Source: Gammaproteobacteria bacterium
Lineage (GTDB): Bacteria > Pseudomonadota > Gammaproteobacteria > G965277405
Length of the DNA stretch: 64,000 nt
Direction of reading: 5' to 3'
NCBI GenBank assembly: GCA_965277405.1
Contig: OZ255726.1
Location: forward strand, 1,056,001-1,120,000
Under the pieces are notes generated by a model that was given only the letters and a program-made list of their open reading frames with translations, made no database searches and was not told the origin of the DNA. Positions 49,789 to 61,310 of this stretch are shown piece by piece (the stretch's first letter is position 1; each line of letters starts with the position of its first letter). The translations under genes were made by a program, and so were the position numbers.

Positions 49789-52700
49789 ATGATAGCTACT
49801 GTGAATGACAAACGTCAACGCATTGCGCAGTATTTGGCAAATAAAGAGGAATTGGATGAAAACTATTTAACTGCTGTTTATGAATACTTTAAGGATGTAG
49901 ATGAAACGGATTTACAGCAATTATCTAGTGCTGATTGGGCTGGAGTATTTATCTCGCATTTACATTTGGGCTATAAACGCCAACCTAATGAACTCAATAT
50001 CCGCACGTATAACCCGAATTTTGACGATAATAAATGGGCTGCGCCGCACACAGCTATAGAAATAACAAGCGATGATTGTGCGTTTTTAGTGGATACAGCC
50101 GTTGTTGCAATAAATCGCCTCGGATATGGCATTCATCAAATTATTCATCCAATCCTGTTGACCCAACGCGATGCAGCTACTGGAAAAATTAAACAATTTG
50201 GGAATAGTGCTAAAAAAAATACCATTGTTGAATCGTGGATACATCTGCAAATAGACCGCATTTCTTGCTCGGATAAACTCACAGAGGTAACTAAGCAATT
50301 AACAACTGTGTTTGAACAGCTGCAAATGTGCGTCGCGGATGTTGATGAGATGCGGGCAAAGTCTGCAGCGGCAGAACAAGTAATCAATGGTCATAACGAC
50401 GGCGGGATGTATGCTGAATACCTCCAATGGCTGCGCGATGATAATTTTATATTTTTAGGTTATCAGTATATACATGCATCTCGCAGCACTACGGTTGCCA
50501 CCACACAGTCACTTGGTTTTTTTCGACACGCAGCCAGCAGCAGTACTGAGTTCGTTGCTCAAGCAGGACAATTTTCCGACGTTGAGTTACAGCAACCAGT
50601 AGTATTGGTTAAATCAACCGAACGTTCGTCAATTCATCGTGATGAATATTTTGACTGTGTTGTCGTCAAGGATTTTGTAGGTGGGAAAGTTATTGGTGAG
50701 CACCAGTTTATCGGTTTATATACAGCCAAGGCATTTAACACCTCGCCACGGCTGATCCCAATAATTCGTGAAAAAATTCAGCGGGTTATTGTCAACTCTA
50801 ACGTTGGGTTAGATTCGCATATCGGCAAGTCGTTGCGCCAAGTGTTTGAAACCTATCCACGAGACGAATTGCGGGAAAGCAGTGACAGCGATTTGCTTAG
50901 AAACGGCGTTGGTATTGCCAAAATGCAAGAGCGTAGACTCGTTAGAGTATTTACGCGTATTGATGGTATGCACCGTTATATTTCATTTTTGGTATACCTG
51001 CCGCGTGACAATGTTAGCACCGATGTGCGCGAGCGGATACGCAACTATTTGGAGCAAACGTTTGCGGCAACCCACAGTGAATTTGAGGTTAGCCTCGGGC
51101 GCGCAGTGTTGGCGAGGATTCACTTTGTTGTATATATTTCAAGCCCTGCTGTTGTTAATAACCTCGATAGTGTTGCGTTACAAGAGCATATCAGTGAAGT
51201 CGCGCGGAGCTGGACTGATGATTTGCGTTTAAATTTGGTCAACCAACTTGGCGAGGAAGTAGGGCTGAGTCTCTTTAATAAATACTCAAAGAGCTTACCT
51301 GCAGACTACAAAGCTGCTTATAACATCCGCACAGCAGTCAGCGATATCGTCAAATGCGAAAAAATGCTGGCAAACGGTGACGTGACCTTAAAGTTGACGG
51401 AAGATAGTCTTGCTGATGGAACACAGTTTCGCCTAAAGATATTATATGGTAAGCCAATTCCACTGAGTCATGGTCTGCCTGTTTTAGAGAATATGGGGGT
51501 TCATGTGAGTGAAGAATACCCGTTTTCATTAGAGTTTGATGATGGTGGGACTGCTTGGATATCAGATATTGCTATTCAACTGCCTAGTGAAGGATTGTTT
51601 GATGGCAAGCACGCCAAGGAAGTGTTTCAGCAAGGTTTTGCCGCGGTGTATACTGGCAAGTGCGAAAACGACGTGCTAAATGCGTTGATATTGCATGCAG
51701 ACATGTCTTGGTGCAGTGTTGCGTTATTGCGATGTTATTCCAAATATATGCGGCAAATTGGATTAACGTATAGCGAGCGGTTATTCGCAGACACATTGAT
51801 ACGTTACAAACACACCGCACTTGATTTGTTGGCGTTATTTGACGCGCAACATAATCCAAAGGCACAATCAACAAATATTGATGCAATTATTGCACGCATT
51901 GCAGATGCGATTACTGCCACGACCAGCATTGATGACGAAACTATTTTACATGGTTTGCTCGAGTGCATGCAAGCAACGTTACGCACCAATTATTTTCAAA
52001 GCACAACCAGTACCGCAATCAGCATCAAATTGGCACCGCAGCAAGTAGCTCGTGTCCCAGAACCAAAACCGCTGTATGAGATTTTTGTATACGCCCCAAC
52101 GTTTGAAGGAATACATTTGCGTTTCGGCAAAGTTGCTCGCGGCGGGCTGCGGTGGTCAGACCGCCGTGAAGACTTTCGCACCGAAGTGCTAGGTCTTGTT
52201 AAAGCGCAGCAAGTAAAAAACACAGTGATTGTGCCAGTTGGTTCAAAGGGCGGCTTTGTTGTCAAGCAGCCAGCAGCAGATCGTGATGCATATATTGAGC
52301 AAGGCAAACACTGCTATACGCAGTTTGTGTGTGGCTTGCTTGATCTAACCGATAATGTTGTCAATGGCAAAGTTGTACATCCAAAAAACACCATATGTTT
52401 AGACGAAGCTGATCCGTATTTAGTTGTTGCCGCAGATAAAGGAACTGCGACGTTTTCTGATCTTGCGAATTCTGTTGCTCAACAGTATGGGTTTTGGCTC
52501 GACGATGCATTTGCCTCGGGCGGATCAGTTGGCTATGACCACAAAAAAATGGGGATTACCGCAAGAGGTGTGTGGGAATCGGTCAAACGACATTTTCGTG
52601 AACGCGGTATAAATATCCAAACGACACCATTCAGCGTAATCGCTATTGGCGACATGATGGGTGACGTGTTTGGTAACGGTATGTTGCAAAGCGAGCATAT

Positions 52701-54504
52701 TAAATTGATTGCGGCGTTTAACCATCAGCATATTTTTATTGACCCAAGTCCAGACATTGCGGTGAGTTTTGCCGAACGCAAACGCATATTTGCATTACCA
52801 CGATCTTCATGGGACGACTATGATACAGCGTTGCTCTCAACAGGCGGAGGTGTGTACAAGCGTGGCTTGAAATCGATTAGTCTTGCGAAAGAAGCACGAA
52901 TAGCACTTGGAATTAGCAAAACCAAGCTCACTCCAAACCAACTGATTCACCTCATTTTGCAAGCGCCTGTTGACTTGTTGTATAACGGAGGAATTGGCAC
53001 ATATTTTAAAGCTTCGTATGAAAATCAAGCAGATGCAAACGATCGCAGCAATGATATGGTGCGGGTAAATGCAAATGAAATTGGTGCGAAGGTAATCGGT
53101 GAAGGCGGCAACCTTGGACTCACCCAGTTAGCGCGCATTGAATACGCGCAAAATGGCGGCAGTATTTATACTGATGCCATCGATAATTCTGCAGGAGTCG
53201 ACTGTTCAGACCACGAAGTGAATTATAAAATATTGCTCAATAGTGTTGTCGCTCAAGGCGAAATGACAAATAAGCAACGCAATCGCTTACTTGCAGAATT
53301 AACCAATGATGTTGCGGTGCACGTCCTCCGCGATAACTATCAACAGACTGCAGCGTTGAGTTTAGAAAACTGGCATTCCCAATCGCTACTCAGTGTGCAT
53401 AAGCGCTTCATACAACATTTAGAAAACGCTGGCTTGTTGAATCGTGCAATTGAGTTTTTGCCAAGCAATATTGAAATAAACGCGCGCAGCCAACGTGGCC
53501 TTGCGCTGACATCGCCTGAGCTTGCTGTCGTGCTGGCGTATGCAAAATTACAACTATACCAACAACTATTAGCAGCAGCAGACATTGAGCCCAAGCAATG
53601 GCATACGGTGTTGATTAAATATTTTCCTGCGACTATCCGCAAAAGATTTGCAACTGCAATTATTGATCACCCATTGCATCGCGAAATAATTGTGACACAG
53701 CTGTCAAATATCTGTATCAACCGCATGGGAACCACGTTTGTATTTCGACTTGCAGAAGAGATGAAAACCACGCCAATGCAAGTTGTAAATGCATGGTATA
53801 TGGCCAGCGAATTAATTTCTGCTATTGAACTATGGCACCAGCTTAAGCAGTTGGATAATGTTATTGATACAGAGCATCAATACGCATTGATGCTCGACTT
53901 GCGTCGTACGTTAGAGTGGGTTGTTCGTTGGTTGTTAAAGAGCACTAGGATCTCTAATACGAGTGATGCAATGTTTGCTGATTTTGCCAAAGATTTTAGC
54001 GCGTTATTGCCTAAATTATACGCGTTGCAGGTTAAGGAATTAATGAAAAACACTAAATATCAACGCTTTCGAGCATTGGATATAGACGAGCAATTATTGT
54101 ATAGAATTTGCTTTCCTAACAATGTCTTAGGTGCGTTGCAGATGATCCAAATAGCTCAGAAAACAAACAAGAAAGTGGAGGCAATTGCCCAAACATATTT
54201 TGCGATAGAAAACGTGTTATGCCTTGGGAAGTTGAGTCTTATGGTCAATGCATTACCGCGCACTAACCGCTGGGAAACTGTTGCTCGTCTGGCATTTCGC
54301 GATGAGATACGCCGCGCACATTCAGCCGTTATCACTGCAGTGGTGGCAGATAAAAGCGCCAATGCCTTGGAAAACTGGCAAGGCAAACATGCCACATCCA
54401 TTAGAAATTATCTTGAAATAGTGGAAGAAATATCAAGCAGCGAGCAAAGTATTGCAATGGTAATAGTAGCAATCGGTGAGTTGAAAAATCTAGTTGCGCC
54501 ATAG
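49789..54504 (+). CDS. Large NAD-specific glutamate dehydrogenase (GdhB type)
   Basis: 1571 aa; ARGGLRWSDR, KAQQVKN, GSKGGF, DPYLVVAADKGTATFSD, GYDHK, DNSAGVDCSDHEVN. Confidence 0.95.
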   Translation: MIATVNDKRQRIAQYLANKEELDENYLTAVYEYFKDVDETDLQQLSSADWAGVFISHLHLGYKRQPNELNIRTYNPNFDDNKWAAPHTAIEITSDDCAFLVDTAVVAINRLGYGIHQIIHPILLTQRDAATGKIKQFGNSAKKNTIVESWIHLQIDRISCSDKLTEVTKQLTTVFEQLQMCVADVDEMRAKSAAAEQVINGHNDGGMYAEYLQWLRDDNFIFLGYQYIHASRSTTVATTQSLGFFRHAASSSTEFVAQAGQFSDVELQQPVVLVKSTERSSIHRDEYFDCVVVKDFVGGKVIGEHQFIGLYTAKAFNTSPRLIPIIREKIQRVIVNSNVGLDSHIGKSLRQVFETYPRDELRESSDSDLLRNGVGIAKMQERRLVRVFTRIDGMHRYISFLVYLPRDNVSTDVRERIRNYLEQTFAATHSEFEVSLGRAVLARIHFVVYISSPAVVNNLDSVALQEHISEVARSWTDDLRLNLVNQLGEEVGLSLFNKYSKSLPADYKAAYNIRTAVSDIVKCEKMLANGDVTLKLTEDSLADGTQFRLKILYGKPIPLSHGLPVLENMGVHVSEEYPFSLEFDDGGTAWISDIAIQLPSEGLFDGKHAKEVFQQGFAAVYTGKCENDVLNALILHADMSWCSVALLRCYSKYMRQIGLTYSERLFADTLIRYKHTALDLLALFDAQHNPKAQSTNIDAIIARIADAITATTSIDDETILHGLLECMQATLRTNYFQSTTSTAISIKLAPQQVARVPEPKPLYEIFVYAPTFEGIHLRFGKVARGGLRWSDRREDFRTEVLGLVKAQQVKNTVIVPVGSKGGFVVKQPAADRDAYIEQGKHCYTQFVCGLLDLTDNVVNGKVVHPKNTICLDEADPYLVVAADKGTATFSDLANSVAQQYGFWLDDAFASGGSVGYDHKKMGITARGVWESVKRHFRERGINIQTTPFSVIAIGDMMGDVFGNGMLQSEHIKLIAAFNHQHIFIDPSPDIAVSFAERKRIFALPRSSWDDYDTALLSTGGGVYKRGLKSISLAKEARIALGISKTKLTPNQLIHLILQAPVDLLYNGGIGTYFKASYENQADANDRSNDMVRVNANEIGAKVIGEGGNLGLTQLARIEYAQNGGSIYTDAIDNSAGVDCSDHEVNYKILLNSVVAQGEMTNKQRNRLLAELTNDVAVHVLRDNYQQTAALSLENWHSQSLLSVHKRFIQHLENAGLLNRAIEFLPSNIEINARSQRGLALTSPELAVVLAYAKLQLYQQLLAAADIEPKQWHTVLIKYFPATIRKRFATAIIDHPLHREIIVTQLSNICINRMGTTFVFRLAEEMKTTPMQVVNAWYMASELISAIELWHQLKQLDNVIDTEHQYALMLDLRRTLEWVVRWLLKSTRISNTSDAMFADFAKDFSALLPKLYALQVKELMKNTKYQRFRALDIDEQLLYRICFPNNVLGALQMIQIAQKTNKKVEAIAQTYFAIENVLCLGKLSLMVNALPRTNRWETVARLAFRDEIRRAHSAVITAVVADKSANALENWQGKHATSIRNYLEIVEEISSSEQSIAMVIVAIGELKNLVAP

Positions 54505-54705
54505 CTGTAGATATGGGCAAACACCCAGCAGCAACAACGCCACGTTATTTTTGCATATTTTCAATTTCGTGATCGGTGCCAGCTGTTTAAAGGTTTTCAG
54601 TGCCGCTGATTGGGCTGATTGCTGTGTGGCTTTGCGTTGCTTCTCTGGCTTATACCCGACCCGATCAAGCAACGGCAGAACAGCAGGGTTTTTGGGGGTT
54701 TTGCG

Positions 54706-55002
54706 GGAAGCTCTGATCAAGTCCATGATGGGCGAGACGGAGAAAAAACGCTGATGATAACTAAACGCAGTGCGCAGATAACACTGGTGGTCTTGTGGGT
54801 GTTGCCAAGTGCTGCAACGACGTTAGCGCAGCGGTTTTTCCCGACCTTCTTTTGAATATACAACGGTTTGCTGCAATTGCTTATGCTTGCTGTGTTGCAT
54901 CCCTTGGCGTATATGCTACGGCATGCGCTTAGCGGTTTGTGCCTTGCAATCATCAGCAATTGCAGGCAAACTCGCTTCATCAGCGACTTAATCAGAGGTT
55001 TG
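54706..55002 (+). mobile_element. MITE, full copy 4
   Basis: GGAAGCTCTGATCAA ... TTAATCAGAGGTTTG followed by TTAG. There is no matching TSD on the left. Confidence 0.9.
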
Positions 55003-55169
55003 TTAGAGATGCCCTAGCGGTTTTCCCATTGTTGCGCGCAAGCATAACTGGTCGTTTTATAATGCGTACAGCATATGGTGCATAAAATGCTCCTAATTTT
55101 ATTAAATAACAAGGTGGTAACTGACGCTTTGTACTATCATCTTTGCGCTATTCTATTTCGCCCGTGTTG

Positions 55170-56225
55170 ATGAATCGAGTTGTAACATCCTCTTTACGTA
55201 TTACGTATTTGCTGTTTGCAGTATTCGTCTGCGTATCGCTCGTTATGTTTGCGCTGCAGCTATTTAATAAGGAAGATTCGACGAACGGCAAAGCACCTTA
55301 TTTTGTGCCAACATTCCGTGCTGCCGTTGCCAAGGCAGCACCTTCGGTTGTCAATATCTTTACAACGCAGCAAGGTAAGCAACAGGACTACTTTTATGAT
55401 ACTTTTTTTGGTCCAGAACAACAGCTCGGCAGCCAAAACAATTTAGGCTCTGGTGTGATATACCATGGGGATGGCTACATCATGACCAACCACCACGTCA
55501 TTAAGGGTGCTGACAGCATTCTGGTTGCGCTCAGTAACGGTTATAAATATCCAGCAGAGATTGTTGGTACAGACCCCGACACAGATTTAGCACTGCTATT
55601 TATTGAGGCTGACAATTTAATTGCCATCGAAAAAGCCGACATGACGGCGGCAGCTGTTGGCGATGTTGTCTTGGCGATTGGCAATCCATTTGGAATTGGA
55701 CAAAGTATTTCGATGGGAATAATCTCTGCATTAGGACGTTCAAGTGTTGGTATCAGTGTGTTTGAGAGTTTTATTCAAACAGATGCAGCGATCAATCCTG
55801 GTAATTCAGGGGGAGCGTTGGTGAATTATAACGGGGAGTTAATCGGGGTAAACACAGCTATATATTCTCGCGCTAGCGGTAATCAAGGAATTGGTTTTTC
55901 AATTCCTGTCAACCTCGTTCAGCAAGTATTTGACGCAATTATCCTTGATGGCAAAGTCATGCGTGGCTGGCTGGGAGTATTATTGGCTAAGAATAAAGCT
56001 AACGTGCAAATTAGTGGCGTGACCAGTAATGGACCAGCAGAGCGAGCTGGCCTCTTAACAGGAGATGTTGTGACAGCAATCGATGCTCAAGCCGTCAAGG
56101 ATGTAGGTGATATATTGAATTATGTGAGTGCGCACGATCCTGGTGAGGTCGTAACGTTGCAGATACAACGCAGCGGCAAAACAATATTGATCGCAGTAAC
56201 ACTTAGTGCCAGACCTATCCCTTGA
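55170..56225 (+). CDS. DegS/AlgW-like serine protease with one PDZ domain
   Basis: N-terminal TM anchor, TNHHV, TDLA, QTDAAINPGNSGG, single PDZ. Confidence 0.88.
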   Translation: MNRVVTSSLRITYLLFAVFVCVSLVMFALQLFNKEDSTNGKAPYFVPTFRAAVAKAAPSVVNIFTTQQGKQQDYFYDTFFGPEQQLGSQNNLGSGVIYHGDGYIMTNHHVIKGADSILVALSNGYKYPAEIVGTDPDTDLALLFIEADNLIAIEKADMTAAAVGDVVLAIGNPFGIGQSISMGIISALGRSSVGISVFESFIQTDAAINPGNSGGALVNYNGELIGVNTAIYSRASGNQGIGFSIPVNLVQQVFDAIILDGKVMRGWLGVLLAKNKANVQISGVTSNGPAERAGLLTGDVVTAIDAQAVKDVGDILNYVSAHDPGEVVTLQIQRSGKTILIAVTLSARPIP

Positions 56226-56232
56226 GAAAACA

Positions 56233-57510
56233 ATGATTAAATCAGTGCGTGGCATGCATGACATCCTGCCTGCTACGAGTAAGCATTGGAGCACGCTTGA
56301 GCAGATTCTAGCAACCCTTGCTGCAAATTATAATTGTCAGCAAATTCGTACGCCAATTGTTGAATCACTCGATTTATTCGTGCACTCGTTAGGTGATACC
56401 ACTGATATTGTAGCAAAAGAAATGTATCAGTTTGCTGATGGCGAGCATTTATTAGCGTTGCGCCCAGAGAACACTGCGGGTTGCGTGCGCAGTGCCATTG
56501 AGCACAATCTGGTCAATCGTGGGCAAACACAGCGGTTGTGGTATTTAGGACCAATGTTTCGCCGCGAACGGCCGCAAGCAGGACGGTATCGGCAATTCCA
56601 TCAATTTGGTGTAGAAGTGTTTGGCTATCCACAGCCTGTCGTTGATGCTGAAGTGATAGCGCTATCTGCTCAACTTTGGCAATTGCTGGGTCTCCAGCCG
56701 CGGCTTGAATTAAATTCCATAGGCAATGCTGATACGCGGGTTAGGTATCGGCAAGCATTGATAGATTTTTTAGCACCGAAAGCGCAGGCATTGCTGCCAC
56801 ACCAACGCGCGCGGTTGCAAGATAATCCACTGCGCATTTTAGATGCCAAAGACGAGCAAAGCAAACAGGCGCTTATTGGTGCGCCGGAATTGGCAGATTT
56901 TTTAGACGCAAACGATGCAGCTCACTTTGCGCAAGTCTGTGAATGCCTTGATCAGTTGGGGATTGCTTATACGTTAAATCAAAATTTGGTGCGTGGGCTG
57001 GATTATTATAACCGCACAGTATTTGAGTGGGTAAGTGATGATCTTGGTGCACAGGCTACGATTTGCGCAGGCGGTCGCTATGATGGGCTTGTTTCGCAGT
57101 TTGGCGGGGAGCATGTTCCAGGGATTGGCTTTGCTTTAGGGCTTGAGCGCTTGTTATTGCTGTTGCAACAACAAGGCTGGCAAGCAGATATCTGTGATAA
57201 AAGTGACGTATATATAATCAGCAGTTGCAGTGACCAGATAACACTGCAGATAACCACGCAGGTACGCGCAATACTCGCTGAAAAAAAGGTATCTGTGGAT
57301 TGGGGCGCAAGAAATTGGAATAAACAGTTTAAAAAGGCTAATGCAAGCGGTGCGACTCTTGCAATTATCCTTGGGGACGACGAGTATCAACAAGGAGTAG
57401 TCGCTGTCAAACCTCTTCGAGCTGCAGTTGGGCAGAAAACGATTGCTCTCAATGCATTACACGATGAATTGCCTAGGCTATTCGCAGAGTTATTATCCTT
57501 AAATTTATAA
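56233..57510 (+). CDS. hisS: Histidine--tRNA ligase
   Basis: RGMHD, LRPENTA, FRRERPQAGRYRQFHQ, LVRGLDYY, GGRYDGL. Confidence 0.97.
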   Translation: MIKSVRGMHDILPATSKHWSTLEQILATLAANYNCQQIRTPIVESLDLFVHSLGDTTDIVAKEMYQFADGEHLLALRPENTAGCVRSAIEHNLVNRGQTQRLWYLGPMFRRERPQAGRYRQFHQFGVEVFGYPQPVVDAEVIALSAQLWQLLGLQPRLELNSIGNADTRVRYRQALIDFLAPKAQALLPHQRARLQDNPLRILDAKDEQSKQALIGAPELADFLDANDAAHFAQVCECLDQLGIAYTLNQNLVRGLDYYNRTVFEWVSDDLGAQATICAGGRYDGLVSQFGGEHVPGIGFALGLERLLLLLQQQGWQADICDKSDVYIISSCSDQITLQITTQVRAILAEKKVSVDWGARNWNKQFKKANASGATLAIILGDDEYQQGVVAVKPLRAAVGQKTIALNALHDELPRLFAELLSLNL

Positions 57511-57513
57511 AAT

Positions 57514-58146
57514 ATGTTTAACACAGATTTAACCGAAGCAGAACAAATTATTATTTTTCGCACATGGATGCGCAGATACTTACCATGGATTCTTGGAACA
57601 TTGGCGCTAGTTATTATAGGCATTCTTGCAAATCAGTTGTTAAAAAACAACTCTGAGAAAAGAAGTTTGGCTGAGTCAGCATTGTATTTTGAATTAACCA
57701 AAGCGGTATCCGTCGCTCAAAGTATAGATATAGATACTGCCACTACAGCGTTTGAGAAGTTGAAATCCACATATCCAGATAGCGGGTATGCCACATTGGC
57801 AAGCTTGCTATATGCCAAGGCGTTGATGCAACAAGATAACTTGCAGGATGCAAAGTCCACATTACTCGCAGCGTTAACAACTACAACAGATGCTGATATT
57901 CTTCCAATAATTGCATATCGTGCGGCATTGCTGCAATGGCAGTTGGATGAGCAAGATGATGCCCTAGGGTTGCTGGAGCAATACCGAGATACAGCGTATA
58001 GCAGCATGTATGATGAACTCAAAGGAGACATACAGTTTGATGCAGGCGACGGCGGCGCAGCAAAAACAACGTGGGAGTCTATTGAGCCAGTTTCAGCAAC
58101 CGACTCCCAACGAATACAAGCAAAGATTGATAACATTGTAGAATGA
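57514..58146 (+). CDS. yfgM: YfgM-family TPR membrane protein
   Basis: TE.EQ....W, one TM segment, ELKGDI; hisS-yfgM-bamB-der synteny. Confidence 0.85.
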   Translation: MFNTDLTEAEQIIIFRTWMRRYLPWILGTLALVIIGILANQLLKNNSEKRSLAESALYFELTKAVSVAQSIDIDTATTAFEKLKSTYPDSGYATLASLLYAKALMQQDNLQDAKSTLLAALTTTTDADILPIIAYRAALLQWQLDEQDDALGLLEQYRDTAYSSMYDELKGDIQFDAGDGGAAKTTWESIEPVSATDSQRIQAKIDNIVE

Positions 58147-59273
58147 AATACTTATATGCAGTTATTTTGCTATTGGCGCTTGGAGGATGCAGTAAAACTG
58201 TAGAAATTAAGCCTACAGCATTAGATAATTTTAAGGAACAACACCAATTTAGCGAACAGTGGCAAGCATTTGTCGGCTTAGGTACGGCCTATTATGATTT
58301 AAATTTTGCTCCAGCAATTATCGAAAATAAAATATACATATTAAGTAAAAATGGACGGCTATATACCATTGATACCACAGATGGCTCTCGCAAGGATGTC
58401 ATAGACTTAGAGATGAATATTCGCTCTGGAATTACCGTGATTCTTGACAAGTTATTATTTAGTAATGACAAGGGCGAAGTGATTGCCTTTGACCTGCAAC
58501 AAAATGAAATCAAGTGGCGTACCCAATTGTTTGGGCTGGTCCTCCACCCGCCAGTAAGTGATGGAAATATAGTTGTTGTTAAAACCAATAACGATAAATT
58601 GCTGGCATTAAATTTGCGTACAGGAAATATCCAATGGGAGAGCTTGACAGAGAGCGGTCCGTTAACATATCGCGGCACCAGCCAACCAATGATATTGCAG
58701 GACATTGTTGTCAGTGGTCATAACAATGGCAAGGTGTTATTAACCCACGTTGGCAATGGTCAACGCTTGGGCGAGTTTGTCATAAGTGATCCAATAGGAA
58801 AAAATGAGTTTACCCAAATTAATGACGTTGATGGAGCGTTGACCATCGCCGCCAATAAGTTGATAGTCGGCGGTGTAAATGGTGAGCTGATGGCGATTGA
58901 TCTCAACACTATAACGAGGGTGTGGAACAGAAAGTTTTCTACGCTGCATGGCGTTGCAAGCAATGGCAAAGGTCAGTTTTTTGCAGTAGATGAGCATAGC
59001 AACATCTTTGGGTTTAACGTAGCAGATGGCAGCCAATTATGGAGCAACGAGGCGCTTGCATTTCGCAAAATAATACAACCAGTTATTGTTAACGACATAG
59101 TGGTTGTTGCAGATGGCTATGGCTATGTTCACGGACTAAATATGGAAACAGGTGAAATTATTGCGCGTAACCGCCTGTCGCCATATCGGATTCAAAGCAC
59201 CCCAACCGTTGTGGACGGCACTGCGTACATATTGGATATTGGGGGTTTTCTAACTGCATTGAGGGTTGAGTGA
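58143..59273 (+). CDS. bamB: Outer membrane assembly lipoprotein BamB
   Basis: Lipobox LGGC, PQQ-like propeller repeats, RGTSQP, DVD; synteny. Confidence 0.88.
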   Translation: MKYLYAVILLLALGGCSKTVEIKPTALDNFKEQHQFSEQWQAFVGLGTAYYDLNFAPAIIENKIYILSKNGRLYTIDTTDGSRKDVIDLEMNIRSGITVILDKLLFSNDKGEVIAFDLQQNEIKWRTQLFGLVLHPPVSDGNIVVVKTNNDKLLALNLRTGNIQWESLTESGPLTYRGTSQPMILQDIVVSGHNNGKVLLTHVGNGQRLGEFVISDPIGKNEFTQINDVDGALTIAANKLIVGGVNGELMAIDLNTITRVWNRKFSTLHGVASNGKGQFFAVDEHSNIFGFNVADGSQLWSNEALAFRKIIQPVIVNDIVVVADGYGYVHGLNMETGEIIARNRLSPYRIQSTPTVVDGTAYILDIGGFLTALRVE

Positions 59274-60652
59274 GTATTCCTGTTATTGCGCTTGTCGGTC
59301 GTCCGAATGTTGGTAAATCAACATTATTTAACCGCATAACTAAAACTCGCGATGCGCTGGTTGCTGATTTCTCAGGGCTGACGCGTGACCGTAAATATGG
59401 CGAAGTGCATCATGGCAAGAAACATTTTATCTGCATTGATACGGGTGGTATTTTAAGCCAATGTACAGCGATAGAAGCGCAGACAACGCAGCAAGCACGA
59501 GCAGCAATTGAAGAAGCTGATATAGCGGCTGTGCTGGTGAGTGCGCGTGATGGATTGGTTGCCGAAGATCAACATATTCTGCGTTTGGCACGCAAAGCAA
59601 ATGTTCCCATAATGCTGTTGGTGAATAAGGCAGACGGTGCTGATCACAATTTTATACTCTCCGAGTTTGCAAGCACAGGCTTGCCGCCTTTTTTAATGAC
59701 TGCAACCCATGGTCGCGGTGTGTTTCAGTGGCTTGATGTTGCCACAAAGACGTTTAGTGATGAACTACCAGTCGAGCAACCTGATGGTATTGCTGTTGCA
59801 GTTATCGGTCGACCTAATGTTGGTAAATCAACATTAATTAATAGAATTTTAGGCGATGAGCGGTTAGTTGTTTCACCAGTGAGTGGCACGACACGTGACA
59901 GCGTTGATGTTGCAATCACCCGCAATGGCAATCAATATTGTTTTATCGATACTGCGGGTATTCGCAAGCGAAAATATGTGAGTTCCGTTATCGAAAAATT
60001 CTCGATTGTCAAAAGCCTGCAGTCTATTCGTCGCTGCGAAATAGCAGTCGTACTTGCAGATGCATCTGCAGGGTTGGTCGAACAAGACATGCATTTGCTT
60101 GATCAAGTGCTGCAATCTAAAAAACCTTTAATTATGGCGTTGAATAAGTGGGATGGTATCGGCAATGAACAGCGACAATCAATCAAAAGTGAAATAAACA
60201 GACGGTTATCGTTTATCGATGATGCCCCACTCATGCCAATTTCAGGCTTACACGGGAGCGGGCTTGGTGAGTTATTTGAAGCGATTGACGCGCTGCATGC
60301 AACGTGTAAAATTCGTTGGCCAACCAGTCAATTAACCGACGTATTACAACATGCTCAAACCCATCACCAGCCGCCAATCCAAGGACGTTTTCGCATTAAA
60401 ATGCGCCTTGCCACCCAAGCGAAACAACAACCACCAACAATCATTGTTCATGGCAGCAACGTTGAGGCATTATCTCCAAGCTATCTACGTTTTTTACAGC
60501 ATTTTTTTGCAAAAGAACTCAACGTTCGCGGTATCGCCTTAAACTTTATTTTGCGCAATAATGCTAATCCTTATAAAGGAAAAAGGCAGCAACTCACCCC
60601 AAGACAAATCCAACGTAAACGCCGGTTAATGGCATACGTAAAACGCAAATGA
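59270..60652 (+). CDS. der: Ribosome biogenesis GTPase Der
   Basis: Two GRPNVGKS G-domains, DTGG and DTAG, KH-like C-terminus. Confidence 0.97.
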   Translation: MSIPVIALVGRPNVGKSTLFNRITKTRDALVADFSGLTRDRKYGEVHHGKKHFICIDTGGILSQCTAIEAQTTQQARAAIEEADIAAVLVSARDGLVAEDQHILRLARKANVPIMLLVNKADGADHNFILSEFASTGLPPFLMTATHGRGVFQWLDVATKTFSDELPVEQPDGIAVAVIGRPNVGKSTLINRILGDERLVVSPVSGTTRDSVDVAITRNGNQYCFIDTAGIRKRKYVSSVIEKFSIVKSLQSIRRCEIAVVLADASAGLVEQDMHLLDQVLQSKKPLIMALNKWDGIGNEQRQSIKSEINRRLSFIDDAPLMPISGLHGSGLGELFEAIDALHATCKIRWPTSQLTDVLQHAQTHHQPPIQGRFRIKMRLATQAKQQPPTIIVHGSNVEALSPSYLRFLQHFFAKELNVRGIALNFILRNNANPYKGKRQQLTPRQIQRKRRLMAYVKRK

Positions 60653-61308
60653 CTATGAAGATAATACAACACGCATTATTATTATTATTCACAATAACTA
60701 CAGTATTGAGCTGCGCCACAGGTGGTAGTAGCAGAACAGTAGCATTCGACCCTGAAGGAGAACATGCATTAATAATAGGGAGCTTTACAGTTACGCAAAA
60801 AGGTGGCAGCAGAGACTTGCTTGAACAAATCAACATCGTCCGCGTATTATTTCAATATACCGCAGGGCTGAGCTTGTTTAGCCCGCTAGAACTCACGGCA
60901 TTTCCGAGTGGCTGGTTAGATGGACAATGGGATTTTGATGCAGGTGATAGCAAGACATTTGTATTTGCTAAAACAACTAAGCCCGAGCCGCTGGCAATGG
61001 TGGGAATGAGTTATGCAAAAGCTGGTAAAACTTATGATGCTACATATAGTTTTGCGAGAGAAATAGATGTGCATGCGGGTGAAATACTCTATGTCGGTGA
61101 GATACAAGTGGAGATTGTGTTTGACGTAGATAATAGTCCTATGATTACAGCGGCAAACATCGAAGTCAGCAATCAACTATCTCGTGATTTGCCAAAATTG
61201 AGCAGCGTATATAAAGAGATTGATTTAACCACAATGCAAACGCGTATTTTTCCAGACAGGCCGGTGCGAGTGAAGCAATTCACCATGCGCATGCAGTTAA
61301 ACGACTAA
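60649..61308 (+). CDS. Hypothetical lipoprotein
   Basis: 219-aa ORF translationally coupled to der and abutting gltX; lipobox VLSC; GEILYVG motif. Confidence 0.7.
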   Translation: MTMKIIQHALLLLFTITTVLSCATGGSSRTVAFDPEGEHALIIGSFTVTQKGGSRDLLEQINIVRVLFQYTAGLSLFSPLELTAFPSGWLDGQWDFDAGDSKTFVFAKTTKPEPLAMVGMSYAKAGKTYDATYSFAREIDVHAGEILYVGEIQVEIVFDVDNSPMITAANIEVSNQLSRDLPKLSSVYKEIDLTTMQTRIFPDRPVRVKQFTMRMQLND

Positions 61309-61310
61309 CT

